The notes under the pieces: generated by a model
The model's database searches: none
Seen by the model: the letters and a program-made list of their open reading frames with translations, nothing else
What the model was told of the DNA's origin: nothing
From: Hyphochytrium catenoides
Taxonomy: Eukaryota > Protista > Hyphochytriomycota
Direction: 5' to 3'
Length of the DNA stretch: 64,000 nt
Assembly: GCA_900088475.1 (NCBI GenBank)
Contig: FLMG01002522.1
Span: 99,654 to 163,653, forward strand
Shown: piece by piece, positions 24,997-39,379 of the stretch
Numbering within the stretch: the first letter of the stretch is position 1
Layout of the letters: each line of letters begins with the position of its first letter
Position numbers and translations under genes: made by a program

Positions 24997-27900
24997 ATGG
25001 AGGAAGAAGGGAGCAAGAGTCTGGCCTCCCTTCCTGGACTTATAGAGGCACAACAGGCTGGAGGACTCCAGTTGCTCTTGATGCAGACGCTGTCAGATGC
25101 GCCTCTCTTACTTAGAGCGCTATCAGCCTCAGCACAGCGTTGCCAACAGTTGCGTGATGGTCTTGACGTCAAGATAGAGGAGAAGCGGGAAGACGATCAC
25201 CACCAGGAGTCCGGAGGGCGACCAGGAAAGCAAACAACACAACAAGGAGAAGAGCTGCCGGAACAACGTATAACCTATTGCTCAGAAGAAGAAGGAAAAG
25301 GAGGGAAACAGGAACTCAGGAGTCAGCCACAAGGTGTCGAGGATGAACCTGCAACCTCCGTAGGAAGGATGCCTGCCGAAAGGGAGAGAGTCCATGGAGA
25401 AGAAACAGAAAGACAATGTTACCGGCCCCAGCAATATTCACAGTCAATGGCTCGCCATGGTGATGAGGCAGCAGGAGCTGGAGCGGAAGATTCTTCTTCC
25501 TCATTCCTCTCTACCCTGACAAACGATATAGCTTCTCCATACTTTTCTTCCTCCTCAGCTTGCTGCTGCGCGCTGGCCGTGGTTCAAGTTTACCGCTTCG
25601 CATGTCAGAGAGAGGAAAGGGCTTTGCATTTTCTTTATGACGCAGAACTGTTCAAGTCGCTCTTTGCTGTTCTCTCTGCGCACGGCAACATCACAGAGAC
25701 AGAAGACAGGGAGACATTCGCGCATGTCTTACAGCTTCTTCTACTTCTCTACGGTTCAAGATCACTCTCCGTTGGGGCGCAAGGTGCCGATCTAACAAGT
25801 TGCATTGTATCTCTCTTGCAAGATCCTCTTCTTCGATGTCTTTTTTGCTTTGACGTGATCCCTCTCACCTTCTGCCTCCCGAAAGTTTACAGTGCTTACA
25901 TAGCCAAAATGTTCTCTCGCTATATCTTCTACCAAGCGTCTCTTCTTGCGCTCTCTCTGTCTTTCCATTTCGGTCCTCATGGCCCAGCTTTTCGTCCGAT
26001 ATGGCTTGACATGCAACTATCTCAGGACTGAAAGTGAAGAGAAACCTGAGGGCGATTCTAGAACCCGATGGGCGATCTGCGCTGGCTATCGCGTCATGCC
26101 TCCGACAGCTCCTTGACGAGAAGAAGAGGCACCAGGGGACTTTGCACGACGATAGTGTTCTTATCCTCACGGAGAGAAGCTGCAGAGTATTAAGTCTTTG
26201 TCTCAGGCTGCCTGGTGGCCGTCTCAACAGTAAGTAGTCCTCGAGAGGAGCGACGGGATTTGAGAGTACAACCCATTTTCCGCTCAAAGGTTAAAGAGGG
26301 GGATAGAGAATAATGTAAAGCGGATGGCAACCTGACAAAAGCAGCGGCTAGCGTAAGACTAAGAGTGACAAAGCAAAGCCAGCTTATACAAAGTGTTTGG
26401 GGGTTGATAGCACGACCATAGGAAAGACCACGATATAGCCTGTCACACTTATGCCTGCTCAACGTTCACTTAGGAGAGACACAGAAGGGAATGATTCAGG
26501 CAGAAATGCTCCCTGTTGCGCGCTCTATCGCTCTTGTCTTCTGGTCCTATCCTGTGGTGGTAAGAGAGGCAACGGCCTTACTATGCGAACTCTTGCATGA
26601 GAATGGTGAGACTTTTCGTGTCCTTGCCCCAGTGCCATACCAGTTACATTCTCACTTTCTATCGTATTGCCCAGCTCCATCTCGCTTCCATCCTAACTTT
26701 CTCAGGAAACTTCCATTATTAGCCGATTCCTTTCTCTTCTTCTTTAGTGCTGTGCTGCCCTAACTCTCACTATTATCCCGCCGTCGGTTATATATGTTGT
26801 TTGCCAGCCCTTCTCTCTCTTCCATCCCGTGTCTCTCCTTTTTGTCCTACACACTCTCTCTCTCTCCCCATCCTCCTAGATAGTTTCCCCATCTTTCCTG
26901 CTGGAGTGACAATTCCATCCGACGCAGTGGGGCTATGGAGTGGGGTGCTTTGAGCTATCTTCGCCATAGTGTGCCATCTTCATGTCATTCACTTATATAC
27001 GCGTAATCCCTAAAAGTCTTTTACCTTTTCGCCGTGAAGAGGTATCCATTGCCCAGTTCAGTGCATTGGAAGGAGGGAAGGACGACACAGAGCGGCTTCT
27101 GCCACAGCTTTATAACAAGTTGTTGACAGAGCGTCCAATGAGCTTCGGACTCTGCAACCATGTGACAAGAATGGTTTCTGAGCTCTCAACGGGATCGGCA
27201 GGTAGGAGCCCCAACAACAAGCTGGACGTTCCCTTTCCCTTGCTCTACCTTCAGCCTGGCTGACTGCCACGCTATGCTTCTACTGCTCCACAATCGCCTT
27301 CCCTACTAGCTCTCTAGTACTTCTATCTCCTCAGTCCTGCCCAATGATGTCTGCTAAACCTAGTTTGTGCGCCAGTAGGAGCGTCTCTTTTGTCCATCTT
27401 GTTGGAGGTTCGTTGCCCTCAATTTTTGCTCCAACTTCGCTCTACGCCTGTTAGCGGCGATAGAGAGGCACACATCTCCTATCTAAGAGGGATAGAGGTT
27501 CTGACTCGGGCTGTCAGAGGAGGTAAGTTTTAGAAACATTAGTCTCTTGGTGACTCATAGAGAAGCTCAAGACATTAACTTTCGTAGCCTCACGGTGGGA
27601 CGTGCTGGCCGATCCTCCAGAGCTTATGCGCTGGGTGGTAGAGGTCATGAAGGCCTTCAAAGCTGACCGGAGAAGAATGATGTATTGCCTGATGATAGAA
27701 AGGCACCTGCTAGGGCGTATGTATCGCCTGTCCGACAAATTCTCTACCTACTGCACCCTCCTTGGCCTATCCCTTACTTTGGCTCTGCTTTCCTTTGTTA
27801 AGCTCACCACCATCACATTACTAAGCCACGGCTTTTGTTGGCGTCTTCTGCAGATTCCATGGAAATCTCTTCCCTTATCAAGAGTGAAGTAGCGGCAGCT

Positions 27901-28247
27901 GCGGCCTCGGTGATGCTTGAGCACATCGGCAACAAATGCATTGTGCAGCAAGGCTGTCTGATTCTTGACAGAATTGTCATACAACGTTAGTACTTGCCCT
28001 CTCCAGATCTTATCAGGCGATCTTAGGTCTTTCTTCGACGCCAGCTGCTATAAATACTCTTACCCTGAGTAGCAACACCATGTCTTGGCTTTGCCTGTGT
28101 CTAAAGAACCGTCGTGCAGGTCAAGGCAAGGCGCTGTGCCTTCGGGCAGGATGTGTCAAGGTTATTCAGGGCTCTCTTGCAAAGCATGCAAAGGACGAGG
28201 GCATCCAACTTCTGGGCAATCGAGTTCTAAAGCTACTGACCATGTGA
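24997..28247 (+). CDS. Armadillo/HEAT-like repeat protein, multi-exon, family unknown
   Basis: Phase-compatible exons give helical repeats: MIQAEMLPVARSIALVFWSYPVVVREATALLCELL, EVAAAAASVMLEHIGNKCIVQQGCLILDRI and KALCLRAGCVKVIQGSLAKHAKDEGIQLLGNRVLKLLTM*. The true start may be further upstream. Confidence 0.6.
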
Positions 28248-28547
28248 TCATGGCGAGTAGACAATGAGAAGACCGGTTGCCTACGAGACCCAGCTGATGT
28301 GTCCTACGTAGTCCCTGTTACCTTAACAGGCCTTCCGAAATACTCATACACTCTTTCAATCCCTGCCTCTGAGGCTCCTTGCTATTTTATCGTTCCGTAG
28401 CTCTTCTAGTCAACAAAGGACCTTTGTGGTGCCCCGTTGCCTGATGAAAGCTTCGGTTCTGCTGGATCCTTTCTCATCGCTGCCCCTGCCGCTGCTGTTG
28501 CGCCCATCGGTGCGGCGCTTAGCTAACCTGCTCATTCTGTGAGCGAT

Positions 28548-28557
28548 GGCGGGAAAA
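28548..28557 (-). promoter_or_regulatory. Candidate E2F site (TTTTCCCGCC on the minus strand)
   Basis: GGCGGGAAAA about 450 bp upstream of the Pol alpha ATG; matches the plant-type E2F element TTTCCCGCC. Confidence 0.5.
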
Positions 28558-28713
28558 CGGAACGTTGCAAGATTTCAATAGGTCTAGGGGCTGGAGGGTT
28601 TCCGGAAATATTGGCTTTAGCCCTTACCACTACTTTGATATTTATTTCTCTAGAAGGTTCTTTTCACAGCGTTGAAATCTAATAAAGTCCTGGAGGAGGT
28701 CTAAGTTGGTGGG

Positions 28714-28725
28714 TTTTGGCGGGAA
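28714..28725. promoter_or_regulatory. Candidate E2F site TTTTGGCGGGAA
   Basis: Near-match to the double-sided E2F element TTTGGCGGGAAA, about 285 bp upstream of the Pol alpha ATG. Confidence 0.55.
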
Positions 28726-29009
28726 TGGGGCTTCAAAGTCTGTCACGGGGATGTAGATAGGAAGACTGGCGTTGGAGATCATAAGGAAACCTCATGATGT
28801 ACAGACACAGCGCGTTGCACAGTCGCCTCTGTTTAGCAGATGTCTGCAGATCTATAAGCCAGACCAGCCTCAAGGCTGATAGGTTTTGAACAGGCGACCA
28901 AGGGCTCTACAGGGCCAGCCTTTCTCTGTATTGAGCACAGCAGTCTTATCGGGGTTTGCCTGCATTCTGAAGAGTAGTAGTTGATGCCCTTCTTGCCCCT
29001 TGCGCCAAG

Positions 29010-32000
29010 ATGAGCGGAAGAAGACGGGTGGAAGCCAAATCAGCGAAGGCTAGCGCTCTAGAGGAGCTTAGGAATCTTCGTCGCGCTGGAAAATCAAGAG
29101 TCGATACCTTTGAGGTGAGAACCTCTTTCATGCCAGGAAGGACCCTTCTATTAGCTCATCTCTCTTCCACCTCTAACTCAGATCAAGGAGGACTCCGTAT
29201 ACGATGAAGTGGATGAGACAGAATATTTGAACCGCGTTAAGAAGAGACGCGAAGAAAGCTCATTTGTTGTGAATGATGGTACAAACTATAGACGAGACAG
29301 CTGAGCCCAGGTTTCTAGTTCTCACTTTTACTCTTCCCGTTGCTTACATAGACAAGTCTCTCGGATATCACGACGATGGGGAGGAAATATTCGATCACTA
29401 TCAGGAGAACAGCGAAGAGGAGATGGTCGAGGAGGAGATTGAGGGTCCAAGCAAAGATGGTAAAAAGGCCGATAACAATTGGAGAGGGAGATAAAGAGAG
29501 AAGGTCAGCTTACCCTTCCTTCCTTACTGGTTTCTCTGTTATCAGGAAAGAAGGGTAAAGGAGGAGGAGCGCTGTCTTTCGAGAGCCTGAAAAGAGCGAG
29601 GCAACGTCACAGAGAAAGGCTAGGAGGAAAAGGAGAACAAAAGCTCACAAGCTTGTTTATGAAGCAAGCAAATGCACAGACTGTGGCCCCTCAATCTTTC
29701 AAGAGGTTCAAGGTCACTAGTAATGTGGCCGGTAAGGCGGGCACATTGGAATTTGCAACGATCAAAAGGACTATATCTAAGCTTTACATTCTTGGTTGCA
29801 TCAGAGGCTCAGGCCACGCATCTCATTCTTTATGTCTCTGCCTCTTCTGTTCGGCAGACGATCTCGATTTGGACTCCATGATGAGCTCCCTTGACGCGGA
29901 AAAGTCTGCTCCCAGTGGTAAGGACCGTGTCCCTAACTAGCGACCGTCACGAGGGCCGTTGCACTACAGTCCGCGACAGAAGCTCTTGTTTCTCGCTCTA
30001 ACGGTCTCGTTTGCCTCTCTTGTCTCTCACGCGCTCGCTGCTATCTGTAAATTATGCACTGTACTCGGTTTCTTCGACTAGGTCGCCGCCCTGCAGTGCC
30101 TCGACCCAGAAGCGATCCCTCTTCTCGTCCCATGAACTCATCCTCGTTTCCCGCACGAAGAAAGGTAAGCCTCGAAGCTTTACTGATCACGCTGGGCGGA
30201 ACCCTGATGAAAGAACACTCTTCTAAAGCGGTCGTGGCAGGAGTTTGGTCGACCTCAACCTCCGCCAGCAGCCTATGACGATGAACCAATGGATGATTAC
30301 GATGGCTTCACCGCAGCAGGCAATGACTGGGATGGAACTGACGAAGTATGACGATTCTTCTTCTCTTCTTCTCCTATCCCTGTTTCGTCCTCTCTCTCGA
30401 TCTTGTTCGTCGACCTCCGTGGTCAAAGTAGCGCTGTTCTGTTCTTGTTCTCTCGGGGAGAGTGACCTAATACCCGTCTCATAGAACGCAGCACCCGCAG
30501 AACAGCACCAGGACGGAGAAGGAGTGTCGGGGCCCCCGTTAAACCCCTTTTCTGACCCTGCCAAACCAGCGTCTCCTAAGAAGACAGATACGGTCCTTGG
30601 CAAGCGACCAAGCCCCAATGGATTTGCCAAAGAGGATGAAAGTAGAGGACGCACAGTTAAGGTGGAAGGCGTGGACGAAGTGAAGAGAACCCTTGATATG
30701 GAAGCACCAGCCGCAGAGGGAGTAAAGAAAGAGGACAAAGACAGCGGCAGAACGGCAGCTCCGGTACTCACGGCACAGGATCTTATGGATATGACCTCGG
30801 CCGAACATGGCCGCGGAGAGCCTTCTTGGATGGCGATTGCTCAGCCATCTGCACCATCCGGGGATCACCAGGTATGACTTTCCCTTGGACAAACACCATT
30901 TGGAAGATCCTTTGGGGGCATGCTCCTTCTTAAGTCTCCTGTTTCACTTCGCTGACACATCAAACCTCTCCTCTTTTCAGAGGGATTCTGGCTTATACAT
31001 ACAGACAGATGAGGATGGCTCTGAATACCTGTCGGTCTTCTGGATTGATGCGTACGAGCAACAGGGCAAGCTATTTTTGTTTGGCAAGGTAAAGGACCCA
31101 CTTTTCTTCCTGTCCATACTTCAGTGGATATGTCGGCAGACCTGGTTAGCGCGTATGGTACCTATGCATCCGCTTACGTACCGTGGCCCGCAGCTCTTGT
31201 CGCTGGTAGCCTTACCTAGTGTTGTCTCTTTCTCCTCTTTAAAGGCCTTTCCTCTCTTTTAAAAACTTTTCCTCGGCTCTTCCACGTTGCCCACCATCCC
31301 TTCGATTACCTATTCAGTATGACTCAGGGGCGCTGACCCTTCTGCAGGTAGCCACGGATAATACCGCGACGCAGTTCAGGAGTATTTGCGTAGTCGTCGA
31401 CAACGTGCCGCGCGTCTTATTTGCCCTACCGCGCAAGGAGGCTGCCAGTGCCGAAGACCTGAAGCCGGTGTATGAAGAGATAAACAGCATTTTTGTTCCC
31501 AGGATAGTACCACATGAACAAGGAGTGAGACTGAAAGGAAAAGCCGTGACGAGAAAGTAGGTGACGCATTCTTTGCTTCCTCTTTCCTCCCTCTCAGTCT
31601 CACGTCAGCACTTCTGTTCTCAAGCGGACAAGGTCCAAGGCCAAAATGCTTCTGAAGTCTCCTTTCTCTTCCTTTCCTCCTATGCTTTCTCGGTCTCTCG
31701 AAGTTCTCTCTCTCTCTCACTTTTGCCGTTCACCCGTCATTCCTCCTCTCTCTCTCTCTTCCCTAACCTTTTTGTGTCTCTTTCTCTTACGTTCTTTCTT
31801 CCTCACTACCTCTCCAGCTACGCTTTCGAGGTGCCTGACGTACCGAGGAGAGAAACAAAGTATCTGAAGTTCGAGTACGCAGGAAAGTAAGTGCTCAATT
31901 CAGAAAGGGAGACCCCTTCCTCTCCCTCCAGTGGCTCCCCTAATATTAATTGTTGTTTTGCTCCATGGCTTCCAATGAACTTGGGCTCTACGGATCTCGC

Positions 32001-35000
32001 TCTTTCTCCTCTCTCGATCTCTCTATCGCCCTCATTGGCCCATTATGTGCTCTAACTCATCTTGCTGAAAATGTAACTTTTGGATGAAGGTTCCCGCCAC
32101 CTCCCACGTCATTATGCGAAGAAGGCGGAAAGACTTTCTCTAAGATCTTTGGTTCGAGCTCGTCGCTTCTAGAAAGTTTCATTCTCAAGAAAAAGCTTAT
32201 GGGTCCCTGCTGGCTTAAGGTCTGAAGAAGCCGGAGAAACTTACTTTGTGCTACGCAAGGGCTAACTTCTGCACTTTTTGGATATACTTGTGCCTCTAGG
32301 TCAAGCCATCCTCTAAAGGCAATACAGGCGTGTGCTGGTGCAAGTATGAGGCGCACGTGCAGAGTCCGGAGCTCATCTCTCTATTGAAAGACGCGCCACC
32401 ACCACCGCCGCTTTCCGTGATGAGCTTGGCATTGAAGACGGTGAATAACCCTAAGGATAACACGCACGAGGTGGGCAATACTTCTCTATTGTCGCTCATC
32501 GTCTAGAGCTGTTGCTGCGGGTTCTTCCTTTGTGGTTGCTGTTCGTTAATTCACTCAGCGGTCAGGGACCTCCTGTCTCACACCACCGAGTTATCTTCTG
32601 TTTCTTGCAGGTGGTAGCGATTAGCGTCATGACTGTGGCCAAGGTCTCTATCACCGGCAGCACGCCAGATGTGGACAGACATCTTGAGCACTTTACCGTT
32701 GTTCGCCCGCTAGGTATGTAGAGGTTCCTTTGCTCGGTCCACTCTTGCTTCCTTCCTCTCTCCCTGTTCTCTAGGATAGGGTTTCCGCCCTTTCCGCCAC
32801 AGCCTTCGCTGTCCTGGAGGATGTATATCCTTGAGTCATTGTAACTAGTTGCACCTGCATTATAGGGAGTTCCAAGCTTCCTCCAGATCTGAAGCAGCAG
32901 TTTCCTGCGGGGAAGACGCACGTGGAGACAGTACCTAACGAGAGGGCGCTACTGAACTATTTCATCAGCAAGCTTCACAGGTGAAGTGGCTCCCTCTCCC
33001 CAGGGGACTAAAGCCCCCTCACCTAGCTTAATGCCAAATAACCTTCAAAGCTGATGATGGACTTCCATTCCTGCTTCATAATCCTATGTGTCATCGGTGG
33101 CCATAACCGTTAGCTTTCTTATTGGTCGCAACGTGTCAGGGCTTCTCGAGCTCTCTGCTAACAACTTGTTAAACCTGTTGCCTTTGTGTACAGGGAAGAT
33201 CCTGACGTGCTTGTAGGTCACAACCTGCATGACTATGACTTGGACGTGCTGATGTCCAGGCTGAGTGCGCACAACATTCCGCAATGGTCCAAGCTTGGGA
33301 GACTCAATAGAAGGTGAGGACCGCCACTGCTGCTTAAAGAGCTAGCGAGACATCAGAAAGGGAGACTTAGAGTGAGCGAGAAAGAGGGCATCCTTGTGTT
33401 AATATACACATCTGCAATGCTCTCCGTGCTAGAACCAACAGCCAGCATCCAGTCCCAGAGCAGTCTTTCTCATTTTCTCGCTCATAAGAAACGCCATCTC
33501 TTTTCTCTTCCCTGCTGTTCACTAGTAAAAAGCCGGGGTCCAAGCACGGCATTGCGAAGGATTCGTTCTTCGGCATCATCGCCAGCGGGAGGCTGCTCTG
33601 TGATGTTCTAGGTAAGCTGCGACGGCTTCATCTTAGGCAATTTCGTAAGCTTGTTGAACTCTTAAGCGACCCGCGTTTGGCCTTACCTCGTCGGTCTTAA
33701 CAAGCCTGATGAAGCTTGTTATAGTTCCTAAAGTTCTCTTGGCGTACTCTCAATGAGTGCTTTAGGAACCCCTTAACATTCTCCTGATCATGTATATGCT
33801 GCTCCTTCGGGAATGATTTTTATTGCCGCAGTGTCCTCCCGCGAGCTCCTCCCAAGCCAAACGGACTACTCTCTGACGCGGCTCTGTGAGACGCAGCTGG
33901 GGAGACCAAAGAAGAAGAGGATTGAGCCCGCGGATGTGCCAATGCTCTATCAAAGCAAGAAAGGAATAGCACACCTTTGTATGCAGGTTCGTCTCTGCTT
34001 CTCTCTTCTCTGTTCGCTCTGTATCCAGCAGCCTTGGACGGTGATAATAGCTGAGCTTGAGCCCATGCTCACTCAGACCGCCGACGTACCTTCTGCTAGT
34101 TTTCTTACGTCCCCAGGCCACGTTGGTGCCTGTTTATGTATATCGGCCTGTCTTGTCTTACTGAGTAGGTCGTTGATTATTTGATGCGACGCTCATCATC
34201 GTTCTGTCTGTTGCCACTTTTGCTTTCGCTCCCTTGGCTCGGTAGAACCTGGATGATGCGTACAACATCCTCCAATTGATGTTCAAGCTTGAAGTACTTC
34301 CCCTCACACACCAATTGACTGCGCTGTGTGGAAATCTATGGGCTAGATCGCTCAAGGTAGGTGCCCAAAGATGGCCTTACAATGCTTGTATGTCCGCAGA
34401 AAGTGTCGTTTCTTTCCTCTCGCTTTTAGCATAGCCCTTATCTCTTCTCACTTTCCACACTTCTTCTGCTGTCAGTATACTCTATCGTCCGCCTGTTGTC
34501 GTTGTTTTCGTCGCTTAGCTGACTTAAAGCTTGTCCACCTGTAGAGCATGCGGGCAGAGAGGATAGAGTATCTGCTGATGCACGAGTTCCGGGCAAGGAA
34601 GTTTATTATCCCTGACAAGAGACAGAAGACTGAGAATGACGGTCAGTATCTATAGATCCTGCGACATTAGTCTTTTTCATCTCTTGTCATGCCACGCCGC
34701 GACCAGATCTCTCTTGTGCGATTGTTCTTGATGGCCTGATGCTCTACTGTTCCAGGGAAAAAGGCGAAGCGTAAGCCTGAGTACTCAGGTGGCAAGGTGT
34801 TTGAGCCTAAGCGTGGGTTATATGACACATTCGTGCTACTGCTGGACTTCAACAGTCTCTACCCTTCCATTATCAGGGTAAATCTTTGTCTAGATATATC
34901 CTCTACTCTGTGGCCAGTGTGCCATTTTCTGGGCCTCCTCTTCTTCTTTCGTAACATGACTCTTAATGGATTCAATTTACCCCTCGCCAAGCTCAATCAG

Positions 35001-38000
35001 GGCAACCTCTCCTCTTCTCTGTCTCGTTATCAACCAACTGCGGTTGTCTCGGTTACTTCTCACTGCCAGTCGTCCTCCGCGCCCTTTAACCACTTTCTCT
35101 CGCCGCCAACATGGCTCCTCTACTTTTGCTCACTGTCGGCCTCTTGGACAGGAATATAACATATGCTTCACCACGGTGGAGAGGAAACTGATGGCGAATG
35201 AGAAGGATGAGCATGAAGAGGAGGATGAAGAGGGCCAGGTGCTCTTCTCCGTCCATTGTCGTTAGCATTGTCCTGAGATATCTCTTCTAGCTATTCTCGT
35301 CCACAAGTTGCGTCTCGCTATCTTCTCGAGAAACTCTTAGATCTCCACATGTTTGATTCTAACCAACGCCCCAGGAGGCGGAAGCCGCTTCGGGAGGACC
35401 TGTTGACTCCTGCCCAGAGCTCCCTAGTAGCGCAAATGAAAAGGGCGTGTTACCAGATGTATTAGGAAGACTTCTAACCAGGTGAGTGGCGTGAAGAAGC
35501 ACAGGGAGAGGTTGTGAGCCTTTAGGAGTAATGAAAGTGGCTGTGTTACGGAAGAAGAACTGTTTAGAGAGCACTAGGGTCCTCATAAGAGCGTCTGAGT
35601 AGACAAATGCCGTATGATAGGCTTTGAGGAGCAGTAGAGTTGTCAGCTACGATAATACGGATAGTTCTAACACTTGCAACTACATACGCTCCAACCCCAG
35701 GCGAGCAGAGGTGAAGAAAATAATGAAGTCGGAGAGAGATGTGAGCAAGCTCCAACAACTTGACATCAGACAAAAGGCAATCAAGCTGACGGGTAAGGCC
35801 GGCACAATATCTTACCGCGTAGAGAAAGAGCAATGAATAACGAAAGACATAGAGAAGGAAAAATCTCCACCAAGAGCTGACGCTTTCCCTCAACTTTTCG
35901 CTGTCGGGTCTTCTGCTCTCCTTTACACTTGCCATCTAGCAAACTCTATGTATGGCTGTCTTGGTTTTAAGGGAAGTCGATTCTATGCCAAGCCCATCGC
36001 GCAGTTAGTGACGAAGACGGGGAGACAGACGCTGGAGAGGGCCAAAGAGTTGGTAAGGAACAGCCGCCACCCTTTCTAATTACCTCGCCGCTGCATATCT
36101 CTTACTACCTTTCTTGTCTTGCCTCTCCTATGCATGCTGTCCTTTGTCTGTTAAGGCGGAACGTGTGCACGGTCTTGAGGTTGTCTATGGTGACACGGAT
36201 TCCCTGATGATCGACTCTAAGACCACAGATCTGGCTGAAGCAAAGAAGATCGGTAAAGACCTGTCCGATTATCCCTGTCTTATGCCGTTTGTATGCGGCT
36301 AGTGTTTGGGAAGGCTTGCCCATGACCTCCCATCGCAATCTCAACTTAATAAGGGCATGTAGAGTCCAAGTCTAACTCTATCTTGCCTTATCTGCCTGTA
36401 CTGCCATCAGCCCGGGCTGTGAAGGTTGACTGCAACAAAATGTACAAGCTGCTTGAGCTGGAGGTGGACGGGATCTTCAAGACCTTGCTGCTCCTGAGGA
36501 AGAAGAAGTACGCGGCTCTACTCTTACAAGAAATAGATGGCAAAGTGGTAAGCGATCAAGAATGTGATTAAAGACGAAAGGTCTTCCATCTTCCTTTCTG
36601 TCTTGCTGGAGACACTCCCTTGCAAGTTCCCGTGCAGTCTAGGTTGACCATGCCCTTGGCTTGCTATCGCTTTCGCTTCTTTTCTACTTTCTTTCACTCT
36701 TGCTTGTTTTCTGTCTTGCGTGCACTCTCTCCCGCTCGTTCATTGCTAGCTCAAGCTATTCAGCATCAGCTGGAGCATCATCCATTTGACTCTTTGCTCG
36801 CCTTACGTGACTGCACTCAGAGCTATAAGCGTGAGGCCAAAGGTCTCGATCTGGTCCGTCGTGACTGGTGCGTTCTTTCTCGTGAGGTGGGAGAGTTCAT
36901 ACTGGACCAGATTCTCTCTGGGAAAAACAAGGATGAAGTGGTTGATGCGATCCACAGCCATCTCATCGAGGTAAGGAAGACAAAGGGCGGAAGACTTTCT
37001 TTGATGCAAAGGGTATACAGCGGAGATCGGAGGTGGTCGATAGCCTGAAAGAATCATTGGTAGAGACGGAAACAAGAGAATCTGGTCGTCACAACGGATG
37101 CTCACGCAGGCTGAGCTATCAATGTTCTCCCTGTTCTCATGGTTGGTTCCTTTTTGTCTGCTACCACTTGATCACGATAGGTCGCGGAGAATATACGAAA
37201 GGGTGCTTATCCGCTTGAGAAGTTCGTGATAACGAAGGGGCTGAACAAACACCCGAAGGACTACCCAGACTCTAAGGCACAGGTAGGCACGAACCTTAGC
37301 AGGACCCATGCGCTGTGACGAGGGCAATCTATGAGGCGTATCCAGAGGCACCCAGCACAGAGGCTGAGGAAGAGTCCAGAGATCTAACGGACTGTCAGAG
37401 GAGGAAGAGCTTGGCGTTCTCGTCACTAACTTTGGCTCCGTTGTGGTTCTGTTGCACTTGCTGCTGCCGATGGCTCTCTTCAGGCCCACGTACACGTCGC
37501 TCTTCAGATGTTAAAAGAGGGGAAAGCTGTCAGTATCGGAGACCACATTCCCTTTGTGGTTTGCGCGGACCCTGCCCAGCCTTCGGCAAATCTTAGGGCC
37601 AGGCACGTAGAGGAGGTGCAGAGAGCTGGTGGAGCGTTGCAGATAGATGTCGAGTGGTACATTGAGAACCAGGTGCGAAGTTGGCAATGGCTCTTAGCTC
37701 CTTTCTCCTCGATTCAACTCTTCCAAGATTGACCGTGGCTGAAAATCGCTGTGGCCTTCTTTATTTGTCAACTCTCTTTGTCTTGACTGACCTTTCCTCC
37801 TATCTTACAGATATTTCCACCTATTTCTCGTCTGTGTGAGCCGATTGAGGGCACCTCCAACGCCCAGCTGGCCTCGAGCCTAGGCTTAGACACGCAGAAG
37901 TTCAAGTAAGGAAGGGGACAATTTGAGTGGGAACCCCAGCTCTAGGTGGTAGTAGAGTCTCTAAGGAGAGAGAGAATCGATATCATGGAGGAGGAATGGA

Positions 38001-39379
38001 CAAGACGAGCTTATAAGAGAAGAGCTTTCGCCCAAGCGCTAGTTCTCTGTGCCTTGAGGGTTCTTGGCTCTACCTCTACCGACAATTGGTCTGACAGTAT
38101 GTCTTCTGCTCCTCGTCGCTGTTCAGGGCGAGCTCCACACCATCTACTGATGAGGTGGATATCGGTTTGATACCAACTACACAGCTAGACGACAGTGAGA
38201 GGTTCAAAGACTGCAAACCACGTACGGGACATGATCTACTGAATCCTATCCTTCCTCGCTGATGATGCTCCCCCTTGTACTGCATTTATCCCTTTTGTTC
38301 CGTCCAGTCACCATCATGTGCACCGCTTGCCGCTCAATGCAAGAGTTTCCCGGTGTCTTCAACTTCCAAAGCGCAGAGGGAGGTGAAGGGCCAACGGCTG
38401 AAAAGGGAGGCAGCAGCGGTCTCTTCTGCCCGAACCCTGCTTGCAGAGCAGAGTACTGGGGGGCAGGAAGCGCTGCGTCATCCACGAACTCTCTCTCTAA
38501 TAAAATCTCTCTCAACCTTAGAGAGCACATCAAGAAGTACTATGAAGGGTAAGACACTTCTCATTGCCACGCCACTTGCTTTTGTCTTTCCCGCTTTTCT
38601 TTCGCGGCACTGCTTGTCTTCCTTTGCGATGGCATGCTCTCTCTTTGCCTACCTATCGACCTCAAGCGGCTTACCCACCGTCTTCACTTGACCAGATGGA
38701 CGGTGTGTGATGACCCCTCCTGCCAGAATCGAACGCGCCAGCTCTCAGTGGCTGGAGACCGCTGTCTGGCACCCAACTGTAGAGGGCAAGTGCGCTTCCA
38801 GTACTCAGACAGAGAGCTGTACAACCAGGTAGTCAAAGCGTGATATCCCTACATCTACTGGTGACTGGGTGCTCCTTCTTCTTTGGTGGTCGTCACCTTA
38901 CCAAATATTCTTGGATCCAACTCTGGGCCTCCTCTCACGCTTCATCTTCAGAGCTAACCCTTAATCTGGCACCACAGCTGAAGTACTTTGAGACGCTCTT
39001 TGATGTTGAACGGGAGATGAATAAGATTGTAAAGGAGAATAAAGCGAAGGTAGGCAATACGATGTCTTTTCTCTATTTTGATCAAAAGGTTGGTCCTTCT
39101 CTCTTTCCTTTGTCTTCTCTTGAGAGGTACACTCTCCTTTTCTTAACTTGTGTCATCAGCTCGCTGACGCATCAGTTACTCTGTCTCTCTTCTCACTAGC
39201 AGGGCTCCAGTGGTAACAAGCGGCCTCCCACACTCTCTAACGACCACTCACAAGTCTTTGAGGCTCTTCTCTCGCACGTGCAGCACTTTATCTCCCGCTC
39301 CGCCTACAACTGGGTGCGCCCGTCCATCTGGTCCACAGTGTTCTCTCTTCCTCCCTCTGCAGTTGGACAGGCCAAATAG
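29010..39379 (+). CDS. POLA1: DNA polymerase alpha catalytic subunit (family B), roughly 30 exons
   Basis: N-terminal [26 protein letters not shown]; VFWIDAYE; KLMGPCWL; [10 protein letters not shown]; [37 protein letters not shown]; [16 protein letters not shown]; VVYGDTDS; [11 protein letters not shown]; [14 protein letters not shown]; C-terminal zinc fingers (CTAC..CPNPAC, CDDPSC..CLAPNC). Confidence 0.97.
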
